Below are positions 53,018 to 62,809 of a DNA stretch of 64,000 nucleotides, piece by piece. The position numbers were made by a program, and so were the translations under genes. The notes beneath the pieces are model-generated. The model did not search any database, was not told the DNA's origin, and saw nothing but the letters and a program-made list of their open reading frames with translations. Location: contig OZ024744.1 of NCBI GenBank assembly GCA_964016885.1, forward strand, positions 8,308,001-8,372,000. Direction: 5' to 3'. This DNA is from Eledone cirrhosa (taxonomy: Eukaryota). Position 1 is the first letter of the stretch, and each line of letters opens with the position of its first letter.

Positions 53018-54621
53018 GTGTTGTTGTTGTTGTAGACATTGGTGCCGCTGTTGTTGTTGTTGTAGACATTGGTGCCGCTGTTGTTGTTGTTGTAGACATT
53101 GGTGCCGCTGTTGTTGTTGTTGTAGACATTGGTGCCGCTGTTGTTGTTGTTGTAGACATTGGTGCCGCTGTTGTTGTTGTTGTTGTTGTAGACATTGGTG
53201 CCGCTGTTGTTGTTGTAGACATTGGTGCCGCTGTTGTTGTTGTTGTAGACATTGGTGCCGCTGTTGTTGTTGTTGTTGTTGTAGACATTGGTGCCGCTGT
53301 TGTTGTTGTTGTTGTAGACATTGGTGCCGCTGTTGTTGTTGTAGACACTGGTGCCGCTGTTGTTGTTGTAGACATTGGTGCCGCTGTTGTTGTTGTTGTA
53401 GACATTGGTGCCGCTGTTGTTGTTGTAGACACTGGTGCCGCTGTTGTTGTTGTAGACGTTGGTGCCGTTGTTGTTGTTGTAGACATTGGTGCCGCTGTTG
53501 TTGTTGTTGTTGTAGACATTGGTGCCGCTGTTGTTGTTGTTGTTGTAGACATTGGTGCCGCTGTTGTTGTTGTTGTAGACATTGGTGCCGCTGTTGTTGT
53601 TGTTGTTGTAGACATTGGTGCCGCTGTTGTTGTTGTTGTTGTAGACATTGGTGCCGCTGTTGTTGTTGTTGTTGTAGACATTGGTGCCGCTGTTGTTGTT
53701 GTTGTTGTAGACATTGGTGCCGCTGTTGTTGTTGGTTGTTGTAGACATTGGTGCCGCTGTTGTTGTTGTTGTTGTAGACATTGGTGCCGCTGTTGTTGTT
53801 GTTGTAGACATTGGTGCCGCTGTTGTTGTGTTGTTGTAGACATTGGTGCCGCTGTTGTTGTTGTTGTTGTAGACATTGGTGCCGCTGTTGTTGTTGTTGT
53901 TGTAGACATTGGTGCCGCTGTTGTTGTTGTTGTTGTAGACATTGGTGCCGCTGTTGTTGTTGTAGACATTGGTGCCGCTGTTGTTGTTGTTGTAGACATT
54001 GGTGCCGCTGTTGTTGTTGTTGTTGTAGACATTGGTGCCGCTGTTGTTGTTGTTGTTGTAGACATTGGTGCCGCTGTTGTTGTTGTTGTAGACATTGGTG
54101 CCGCTGTTGTTGTTGTTGTTGTAGACATTGGTGCCGCTGTTGTTGTTGTTGTAGACATTGGTGCCGCTGTTGTTGTTGTTGTTGTAGACATTGGTGCCGC
54201 TGTTGTTGTTGTTGTAGACATTGGTGCCGCTGTTGTTGTTGTTGTAGACATTGGTGCCGCTGTTGTTGTTGTTGTTGTAGACATTGGTGCCGCTGTTGTT
54301 GTTGTTCGTGCAGACATTGGTGCCGCTGTTGTTGTTGTTGTAGACATTGGTGCCGCTGTTGTTGTTGTTGTTGTAGACAATTGGTGCCGGTGTTGTTGTT
54401 GTTTGTGTAGACATTGGTGCCGCTGTTTGTTGTTGTTGTAGACATTGGTGCCGCTGTTGTTGTTGTTGTAGACATTGGTGCCGCTGTTGTTGTGTTTGTT
54501 GTAGACATTGGTGCCGCTGTTGTTGTTGTGTAGACATTGTGCCGCTGTTGTTGTTGATGTAGACATTGGTGCCGCTGTTGTTGTTGTTGTTGAAGACATT
54601 GGTGCCGCTGTGTTGTTTGTT
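14388..54621. repeat. Giant ~40 kb minisatellite array, unit GTAGACATTGGTGCCG[C/G]T(GTT)n, mostly 30 or 33 bp
   Basis: Uninterrupted tandem units from 14388 to the N gap. Length variation is in the GTT count; recurrent point variants define higher-order blocks. Confidence 0.99.
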
Positions 54622-54821
54622 NNNNNNNNNNNNNNNNNNNNNNNNNNNNNNNNNNNNNNNNNNNNNNNNNNNNNNNNNNNNNNNNNNNNNNNNNNNNNNN
54701 NNNNNNNNNNNNNNNNNNNNNNNNNNNNNNNNNNNNNNNNNNNNNNNNNNNNNNNNNNNNNNNNNNNNNNNNNNNNNNNNNNNNNNNNNNNNNNNNNNNN
54801 NNNNNNNNNNNNNNNNNNNNN
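54622..54821. other. Assembly gap (200 N)
   Basis: Fixed-size N run; the true distance and adjacency are unknown. Confidence 0.99.
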
Positions 54822-55711
54822 TTTCTCTCTATCATAAATCTTTTTAATCTCAATTTCATCCTTAATTTATTATTATTATTTTTTTCTCCCCATCAACGAA
54901 CTCATTATTAATACATATGAATTCAATATAAATTTTTCTCAAATCCTATACATAAACTTTTTCTCTTTGCTAATTTTAAGATTCCTACATTTCTCCTTTT
55001 GAATATTCACCCACAATTATTATTTTTTTCTCTCTATCTCCATACATAATCTCCCTTCGTTATTTTTTTTCTCTCTATCTCCATACATAATTTCCCTTCG
55101 TTAATTTTCAAATTCCTTTAATTTATACATTATCTTCCAACGGTTCCCAACCTCTCTATATTAAAACATTATATCTTTTTCTCAGTTATAAAAACTATCT
55201 CTTTCTCTCTATCACCCATCTCTCCCTTTCCACCTTCACTCTCATCTCCTCCCCTTTTTTTCATCCTTTCCACCCCCACCCCTCCCTAAATATAATATAT
55301 TTTTTCCTCGCACATATCCTCCCTTCGTTAATTTTCAAAATTTTTAATTTATACAGTATCTTCCAACGGTTTTCAACCCCTCTATATAAAATATATCTCC
55401 TCTCTGTTATAAAAACTATCTCTTTCTCTCTATCACCCATCTCTCCCTCTCATCTCCTTCCCTTTTCATCCTTTTCTCTCCCCCCCTCTCTAAATAAAAT
55501 ATTTTTCCCAATATCACACATCAATCTAAAACCACTTTTCATATGTTGATTTAAAACTGCACTATCAACAAGTGTTTTTTTAGCCTTCATATCATGTTCT
55601 CCTGTTTTATCTGATGAAAACACAAATATTATTGTTTGATGATGTTTGTTTTTGAAATGCGCATAATAAAATATATTGAACTCCTTTAACCATCTTTTGA
55701 TCTTATATTAT
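54822..55711 (+). repeat. 5' pseudo-LTR (left end cut by the gap)
   Basis: Direct repeat of 58742-59633, offset 3920-3922; contains internal sub-duplications (CCCTTCGTTAATTTTCAAA..TATCTTCCAACGG twice). Confidence 0.9.
55603..55673 (+). ncRNA. Minimal type I hammerhead ribozyme
   Basis: TGTTTTAT-CTGATGA-(stem II)-GAA-ATGCGCAT-A/ATAAAATA: 8-bp stem I including one G-U pair, complete core, palindromic stem III; predicted cut after 55665. Confidence 0.8.
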
Positions 55712-55850
55712 GCATACTCCAGTCCCACAAACTGTAGAGTGCTTCTTATCCGATATCTGCATTGCTTTATTGTACTACAATAAAACTCACCTCCTACATT
55801 TACTTGCTCCTTAACGGTTGAGCGCTTACTCTCATATTGGATACCTTTTG

Positions 55851-58280
55851 ATGGTCCTTCACCTCTTCTTCTACAACATGGATTATTACAACATAACCAA
55901 TTCTACTAAAGACATTCCTATACCTGGTAAATCTGAATTCACCAAACTTCTTATTGAAAAAACTGACTCCTTCGTAAGAAGACTTAGATGGACAGCCTAT
56001 TTCTATGACCAGCGCCTAAAAGGGAACTTTCATACCAAAGAACACAACTTCCTCGATCATCTTTTTAATTCCAGACGAAATCCTCCTTCCAACAAAAATC
56101 TAGCACAATTCGAGGAAGAATTAACTAAAATTATAAAAAATCTTAAATTCAAGAGATACCCTTACAAAGGACAAGAGCACCTTGTAAATCTCAAGAACAC
56201 AATCTCTAACCTAAATTCCTCAAAAAATGTTTTAGTCCACTCTGACAAAACCAATAACCTATATGGTATTTCCAAGGATAATTATAACAACCTTATCCTA
56301 AAGGAACTTAGGAAAAAGTATCGTAAAACCAACCATGAAAATTTAGAATGCATAAACCTTGAAGCCTATGAGATTATGTCAAAACTTGGCATTGAAAAAA
56401 AGACCGAACCATTCCTCCCAAGAACTCCGAGGATAAATCTCAAGGATCACAAAAACAATTTTCGCACTGAACTACCTGTTAGATTAATCGCCCCCTCTAA
56501 ATCTGATCTGGGGGTTGTTAGTAAAGCCATCTTGGATAGGATTATCCCACAGGTTAGTTCTAATTGCTCTTCTTTAAACCTAAATTTATGGTTTGGTACT
56601 TCTGAAGTGATTGGCTGGTTCAACAAATTGGATAATAAAAACAAACTAAAATTTATTCAATTCGATATTGCCAGCTACTATTCCTCCATTTCGCCTTCAC
56701 TTCTCAATAATGCTCTATCTTTCGCACTTAAATATTCTGACATCACCACAGATGAACTTCACATCATCCTCACCGCACGTAAAACCATCCTAGAGTTCAA
56801 CAACGAATATTGGACCAGAGCCGATACCTCTAACAACTTCGACATCACAATGGGAGCATCCGATTCATCCCAATTGACTGATTTAATTGGTATCTTCATT
56901 TTGAACTCTTTGAGTCGGAAAATTCCTCAACTTCGCGGTGGAATTTATCGTGACGATGGACTCTTTACTATCCTAAATTGCAATATAGTTAAACTTAATA
57001 TTATTAAGAACAATATACGTAATCTCTTTAACCAACATAACCTAAAAATTGAATTTGATAATAGTACCAAACTAGCTAATTTCTTGGATGTATCTCTTAA
57101 TCTTGACACTGGCCTATATTACCCTTACCATAAAAACAATGAGAATCTTAATTATGTTAACTTTAAATCTAACCATCCTACCAATATCAAGAATGCTATA
57201 GTTAATAATATTGGAAATAGAATATCTAACATATCTTCTAATAAAAACATCTTTGATGCTAACGCCAATTACTATAATAACGCACTTTCTAAAGCTGGCT
57301 ATCCAGATAAAATCAAATATAATAAAGAAACAAATTCTAGGAAAACTTACAGTAGAATATTTAATCATAACCATTCCAATAATTTTAATAAAAGACCTAG
57401 ATACAAAAACATAATCTGGTATAATGCTCCTTTCTCCATCTCTATTAATAACAATATTCCTAAATTATTTTTTAGTGCCTTAAATAAATGCTTCCCTCCC
57501 TCACATATCTATAGTAAAATATTTAACAAACACACCATTAAATTTTCGTATTCTACATCCTCCAATATTTCCAACATCATTTCTAAACACAACAACAAAA
57601 TATTAAATACTAAATCTCTTCCTTCCAATATTGAATCTCATAATAACAATAATAGTACTCCTGACGTCATTGTAAACCCTAGGCTAACTTCTGTAAACCC
57701 AAATGCAACGTCAAACACAACTTCGCTAAATGTTCATAATCCAACTCTAAATCAAGAAACTATTATTCCTATTATTCCTATCGCAAACAACTTCTCCAAT
57801 CCAATTCCTTCTATAGATAACACTAGATCACTCATTAATAATCTCTCTAATTGCAACTGCCGCATTAAAAATAAATGTCCTCTCAACAACCATTGCCTCG
57901 ATAAAAACTTAATTTATGAATGTAAAATTATAACTAGCACCAACTCCTTCACCTATTTTGGCTCCACTTCCACCTCTTTTAAAGCTCGTCTCTATAATCA
58001 TCATTCATCTTTCAAATACAAACTTAAAAGAACTAACACTGCTCTCTCAGAACTCATATGGTCCTTAAAAGACAAAAACATTAAATATAACATCTTTTGG
58101 AAAAAGATTTCTTCTGCATCCTCGTACTTGAACAGTTCTCTATCTAAAATCTGTAATCTCTGCCTAAATGAAAAATTTACCATTATCTCTAACCTAGAAT
58201 CCATAATAAATAGACGCTCGGATTTGTTTTCCATCTGCCTTCATAAATTCCATAGAACTTTTCACAAAGTATACAGTTAA
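55851..58280 (+). CDS. PLE reverse transcriptase + C-terminal GIY-YIG endonuclease (~800 aa)
   Basis: STKDIPIP..LIEKT..RRLRW, SDKT, FDIASYYSSI, MGASDS, YRDDGL, NFLDV, KSNHP; CNCRIKNKCP (CxCx5C); LIYEC..YFGST..FKARLYNH..CNLCLNEK..INRR. No internal stops. Start uncertain (ATG at 55851 or 55878). Confidence 0.92.
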   Translation: MVLHLFFYNMDYYNITNSTKDIPIPGKSEFTKLLIEKTDSFVRRLRWTAYFYDQRLKGNFHTKEHNFLDHLFNSRRNPPSNKNLAQFEEELTKIIKNLKFKRYPYKGQEHLVNLKNTISNLNSSKNVLVHSDKTNNLYGISKDNYNNLILKELRKKYRKTNHENLECINLEAYEIMSKLGIEKKTEPFLPRTPRINLKDHKNNFRTELPVRLIAPSKSDLGVVSKAILDRIIPQVSSNCSSLNLNLWFGTSEVIGWFNKLDNKNKLKFIQFDIASYYSSISPSLLNNALSFALKYSDITTDELHIILTARKTILEFNNEYWTRADTSNNFDITMGASDSSQLTDLIGIFILNSLSRKIPQLRGGIYRDDGLFTILNCNIVKLNIIKNNIRNLFNQHNLKIEFDNSTKLANFLDVSLNLDTGLYYPYHKNNENLNYVNFKSNHPTNIKNAIVNNIGNRISNISSNKNIFDANANYYNNALSKAGYPDKIKYNKETNSRKTYSRIFNHNHSNNFNKRPRYKNIIWYNAPFSISINNNIPKLFFSALNKCFPPSHIYSKIFNKHTIKFSYSTSSNISNIISKHNNKILNTKSLPSNIESHNNNNSTPDVIVNPRLTSVNPNATSNTTSLNVHNPTLNQETIIPIIPIANNFSNPIPSIDNTRSLINNLSNCNCRIKNKCPLNNHCLDKNLIYECKIITSTNSFTYFGSTSTSFKARLYNHHSSFKYKLKRTNTALSELIWSLKDKNIKYNIFWKKISSASSYLNSSLSKICNLCLNEKFTIISNLESIINRRSDLFSICLHKFHRTFHKVYS

Positions 58281-58477
58281 TATTCAATCCTTTATCAATT
58301 TAGAATCTTTTCTCAAAGGCACATATACATACACCTCTTTAAAATATACCCATCTACCTTACTTTAAAGGGCATTATACACTCTATAGTACTCGTTTATT
58401 CATTTACCTCATCCTATCTTCTCGTAAAACAATAACATTTGTTTTTGACATTTTGAATATTCATCCGCAATCATTAT

Positions 58478-58512
<35 letters not shown>

Positions 58513-58741
58513 CCCTCTATCATAAATCTTTTTAATCTCAATTTCATCCTTAATTTATTATTATATATATTTTTTTTAATATATACTCATATATTCTTTA
58601 AAATATACCCATCTACCTTACTTTAAAGGGCATTATACACTCTATAATACCCGTTTACTCATCACCCTCATTATATCTCTTCGTAAAACAATAACATTTG
58701 TTTTTGACATTTTGAGTATTCATCCGCAATCATTATTATTT

Positions 58742-59625
58742 TTTCTCTCTATCATAAATCTTTTTAATCTCAATTTCATCCTTAATTTATTATTATTATT
58801 TTTTTCTCCCCATCAACGAACTCATTATTAATACATATGAATTCAATATAAATTTTTCTCAAATCCTATACATAAACTTTTTCTCTTTGCTAATTTTAAG
58901 ATTCCTACATTTCTCCTTTTGAATATTCACCCACAATTATTATTTTTTTCTCTCTATCTCCATACATAATCTCCCTTCGTTATTTTTTTTTTCTCTCTAT
59001 CTCCATACATAATTTCCCTTCGTTAATTTTCAAATTCCTTTAATTTATACATTATCTTCCAACGGTTCCCAACCTCTCTATATTAAAACATTATATCTTT
59101 TTCTCAGTTATAAAAACTATCTCTTTCTCTCTATCACCCATCTCTCCCTTTCCACCTTCACTCTCATCTCCTCCCCTTTTTTTCATCCTTTCCACCCCCA
59201 CCCCTCCCTAAATATAATATATTTTTTCCTCGCACATATCCTCCCTTCGTTAATTTTCAAAATTTTTAATTTATACAGTATCTTCCAACGGTTTTCAACC
59301 CCTCTATATAAAATATATCTCCTCTCTGTTATAAAAACTATCTCTTTCTCTCTATCACCCATCTCTCCCTCTCATCTCCTTCCCTTTTCATCCTTTTCTC
59401 TCCCCCCCTCTCTAAATAAAATATTTTTCCCAATATCACACATCAATCTAAAACCACTTTTCATATGTTGATTTAAAACTGCACTATCAACAAGTGTTTT
59501 TTTAGCCTTCATATCATGTTCTCCTGTTTTATCTGATGAAAACACAAATATTATTGTTTGATGATGTTTGTTTTTGAAATGCGCATAATAAAATATATTG
59601 AACTCCTTTAACCATCTTTTGATCT

Positions 59626-59633
<8 letters not shown>
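58742..59633 (+). repeat. 3' pseudo-LTR
   Basis: Near-identical to 54822-55711; preceded by a ~260-bp-period duplication (58337.. vs 58597..). Confidence 0.9.
59525..59595 (+). ncRNA. Minimal type I hammerhead ribozyme (second pLTR copy)
   Basis: Identical to 55603-55673; CTGATGA at 59533. Confidence 0.8.
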
Positions 59634-59683
<50 letters not shown>

Positions 59684-59782
59684 TAAAAGTTAAACAAGGT
59701 TCAATGAATAAATCAAAGAATAAAGTTTTACAATAGATTGGAAGCACTCAACAGAAATGGTTTTCCGGTGTTATTAATATTG

Positions 59783-60070
59783 ATTCAAAATATTAACAAA
59801 AATAGACATTCGTGTGATCAAGTATATATTATTATACATATTTCAGAGGTAGTGTGCTATCTTCAACAGTACGTCCTCATCAGATAAAATAATATGATGC
59901 ATGACATACCCATGACTGAATCTTAACCATCTACTTAGTCAGGTTATGTCATGCATCATCTTATTTTATCTGATGAGGACTTACTGTTGAAGATATCTCA
60001 GTTCCTCTGAAATATGTATAATAAAATATACTTGATCACACGAATGTCTATTTTTGTTAATATTTTGAAT
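59783..60070. repeat. ~126 bp inverted repeat (59783-59908 / 59945-60070) with a hammerhead motif in each arm
   Basis: Arms are reverse complements with a few mismatches. Plus arm: TATTTTAT-CTGATGA...GAA-ATATGTAT-A/ATAAAATA (59962-60028); mirrored copy on the minus strand at ~59823-59891. Confidence 0.85.
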
Positions 60071-60084
60071 TAATATATATATAT

Positions 60085-61240
60085 AAAAGAGTAATATACA
60101 ATAAACAAAAGATAGTTCCTATAGATCATCTCTATTTATTTTATTATATATATTTCTAAGATACAAGGCTTATGTATAACATAATCCAAAGCATCTTCTC
60201 ATCAGACAAAATGCATAGGGGATACAGGATTCTTTTGATATACTGGTGGCCAAACGAGCTGAACAGATCGATGTCAACCAAGCATGTTGGACGTAATGTT
60301 TTTGAAATTATTTAAAATATGACCTAATTAGAGAGGTAAAAAAAATATAGACCGTTAGTCAGTTTATATGTTACTTATATTAGCTTAAAATAGATATTAT
60401 ACTAAAGTAAATATATACATTATACCAAAGAAAACAAATATTCGAGGATGCTAAGGTAATATTGTAACTATATAATGAAGGAGAAAAATTAGGATTACAA
60501 AATTCACAGGTAAATTATCTATATTTATGTATAATTTAAATTGGTATCATATGAGTGGGAAAATATTAACAATTAGTATGGCTTTTTTTATGGAGATAAA
60601 TTAATTAGTTCAAAAGAAATGTAATTACCGTGGCCTAATTATATTTATGTAGGTAATATACCTGGCGCAACTAATATTATAAGAAAAGATGTATGTATTA
60701 AGCCTAGGTAGATGAAAGAGTTATAATAAAAACATATTAGTTTACTTAATTTGTCTATTCGTCTAAATTTTCTATCTAAATATAATGAAATCGTTTAAAA
60801 ATTAAATAAAGAAGCTTTATTTATATAATTCTTTTTTAAGATTAAGTTTAAACTCTATGAAACATATTCGAAAATCTATGAAGAAAAGAACGTTTATTAA
60901 TAATTAAATGTCTATTATAAATGATAATTAGAATTTCTGTGGTACATAGGTCACATGTTTAGATGCGGAAGCGTTTTTATGAAGCAATGCATTAGAAAGT
61001 TTCTGCCAAGAAAGGGAATATTCGATATTATTATTTTTAAGTGACCAAATCATTTCAGTAAGGGCTGTACTAAATCTTTTATCTTCTCTTTTAAACGAGT
61101 GGCAATGGTTTTAGCATCTGTCTTTAAATTTTAAAGAGGTGGCACCAATAGAATTATAGGACTTATCTTTTGTTTTAACTGCGCATTTATAAACTAAATT
61201 ACGATCAAGATAGTGAGAGAAGTAAGAAGTTTCATTCTAT
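60085..61240 (-). mobile_element. Decayed, 5'-truncated PLE related to the intact element (GIY-YIG remnant + 3'UTR + hammerhead)
   Basis: Minus strand LDRNLVYKCAVKT..YNSIGATSLKFKDRC*NH.HSFK..STALTEMIWSLKNNNIEYSLSW..CDLCTTE..IINKRS parallels the C-terminus of 55851-58280. Confidence 0.8.
60138..60212 (-). ncRNA. Minimal type I hammerhead ribozyme of the decayed PLE
   Basis: ATTTTGT-CTGATGA-G-AAGATGC..TTATGT-TAT-ACATAA..GTATCTT-A-GAA-ATATATAT-A/ATAAAAT. Confidence 0.75.
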
Positions 61241-61329
61241 CTTGAAGGAGAGCAAAACATGTTACTGATCTCATGCTTGATACCTAGGTTGAACAGACTA
61301 AAGAAATTGTTGGAATTAATGCTTTTAAG

Positions 61330-62005
61330 CATATAAAATTAATGGCAAAAAGCAAAAGGGCAAGAGCAATTAGCATCAAAGTGGGAGCAGAAACCTCTGC
61401 ATGGCAAATATGTGGCCCGTAGCAAACAAGCTGATGTTGACCAAAAGCTCACCCATCAGTGGCTACGTAGTTCAGAGCCAAAGGCGGAGAGTGAAGGCTT
61501 CATCTTAGCTGCCCAAGATCAAAGCTTATTGACTCGTAATTACCAGGCCAATGTGATGAGAAACAGAATAAACCCAAAGTACCGATTCTGCAATGCTGGG
61601 GTTGAAACAGTGGATCACTTAGTCTCTGGATGTAAAGTTTTAGCACCAGTAGAATACAAATATAGACATAATAGAGTTGGCCAATATCCATACTGGGTAA
61701 TATGTCGGCATTACAAAATCAAAGCTGAAGACAAGTGGTACAATCATCACCCTGAGCCTGTAACTGAAGGAGAAACAGTAACAATTCTCTGGGACTTTCC
61801 TGTACATACTGACAGGACCATAAAAGCAAATAGACCTGACATCATTGTAAAAGATCAACATAACAAGGTCTGTTTGTTGATAGATATGAGCATCCCATGT
61901 GATCACAATATCGCGGCAAGAGAATTTGACAAGTTACGAAAATATAAAGATCTGCTTATTGAAATTGAGAAAATGTGGCACCTCAAGGCTGTTACAATAC
62001 CTTGG
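61330..62005 (+). mobile_element. R4/Dong-like RLE non-LTR retrotransposon 3' fragment
   Basis: WEQKPLHGKY, ESEGFILAAQDQSLLTRNY, (Y)RFC..ETVDHLVSGC..RHNRV, LWDFPVHTD..NRPDII..IDMSIP..KLRKY. Confidence 0.88.
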
Positions 62006-62704
62006 ATATCTTTTATTTATATATATGTATGTGAATGTGTGTATATGTATGTGTATGGATGTGTATATATATGTGTATGGGCATGTATTTATATATGTGT
62101 GTGTGTGTGTGCATGTATATATATTTAATATATATATAAATGTGTATGTTTGCAAGTGGATGTGTTTGTATATATATATATGTGTATATATATATACATA
62201 TATATATATATATGTCGGTAGATATATTAATTCTTTATAATTATCTCCAAATTATTTGTTGAGCAAAATTTGCCAAATTACTACTGTGACTGGTAGTAGT
62301 AGCTAGGCTCTGTCTTAATTGCACCCCCACTCCAAGCTGGTTAACCTCAGTGTCACGTGATTGATTCTTTTGAATTTGCCACTTGACCAAGAAGGCAGTG
62401 AATTTTTCAATGGCTTGGAATCTAGCCCCGCTCGCTTTTTTCCATCCACTGAATTATTTTTATATAAGTTCCCAGTGTCCCCGCATTGCCTGGAAACTTA
62501 GCTGAGAATAGACTCCCTGATGACGTAAGGCTTCTCTATAGTTATTACGTAACTATATTTATCCCCTTACAGAAACTAATTAGTTGGAGTGAAATTAATG
62601 TTCTGCATTCCCCTGCATAGAACCACAAAGTTACTAAGACAAAACATATATATCTGCTAGCATAGGTATGCATCTGTATACATATGTCGGTAGATATATT
62701 AATT

Positions 62705-62778
<74 letters not shown>

Positions 62779-62809
62779 GCGTGTGTGTGTGTGTGTGTGT
62801 ATATATATA

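Larger units (their letters stand above)
54822..59633 (+). mobile_element. Apparently intact Penelope-like element (Naiad-like) with direct pseudo-LTRs, ending at (TA)n
   Basis: 54822-55711 is repeated at 58742-59633 (only a T-run length difference seen). It encloses a single RT-EN ORF, has a hammerhead in each repeat, and its 3' end runs into (TA)n. Confidence 0.92.

Noticed and set aside
14361-54410. Cys-rich (CCCCCRHWCR)n and Gln-rich (QQQQQRHQCL)n ORFs
   Set aside because: Alternative frames of the same repeat, broken by stops wherever point variants occur.
14388-54621. CRISPR-like array (constant core with variable intervening sequence)
   Set aside because: The intervening parts are only (GTT)n of varying length, not unique spacers; there are no cas genes and the context is eukaryotic.
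14388-54621. True antifreeze glycoprotein gene (unit contains ACAGCGGCA, Thr-Ala-Ala)
   Set aside because: Only one T-A/P-A per unit, embedded in poly-Thr, with no contiguous tripeptide runs; the similarity is likely coincidental.
53018-54621. Cluster of frameshifts suggesting programmed frame switching or a degenerate array end
   Set aside because: 1-bp indels increase toward the gap, as expected for a low-coverage contig end.
55851-58280. Selenoprotein-type Naiad ORF
   Set aside because: No in-frame TGA; the Cys motifs use ordinary Cys codons.
14388-59633. Telomerase-like system in which the adjacent PLE RT synthesises the GT-rich array
   Set aside because: The two are separated by an N gap, no unit template is visible in the PLE, and kb-scale higher-order blocks point to recombination. 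Not supportable from this window.
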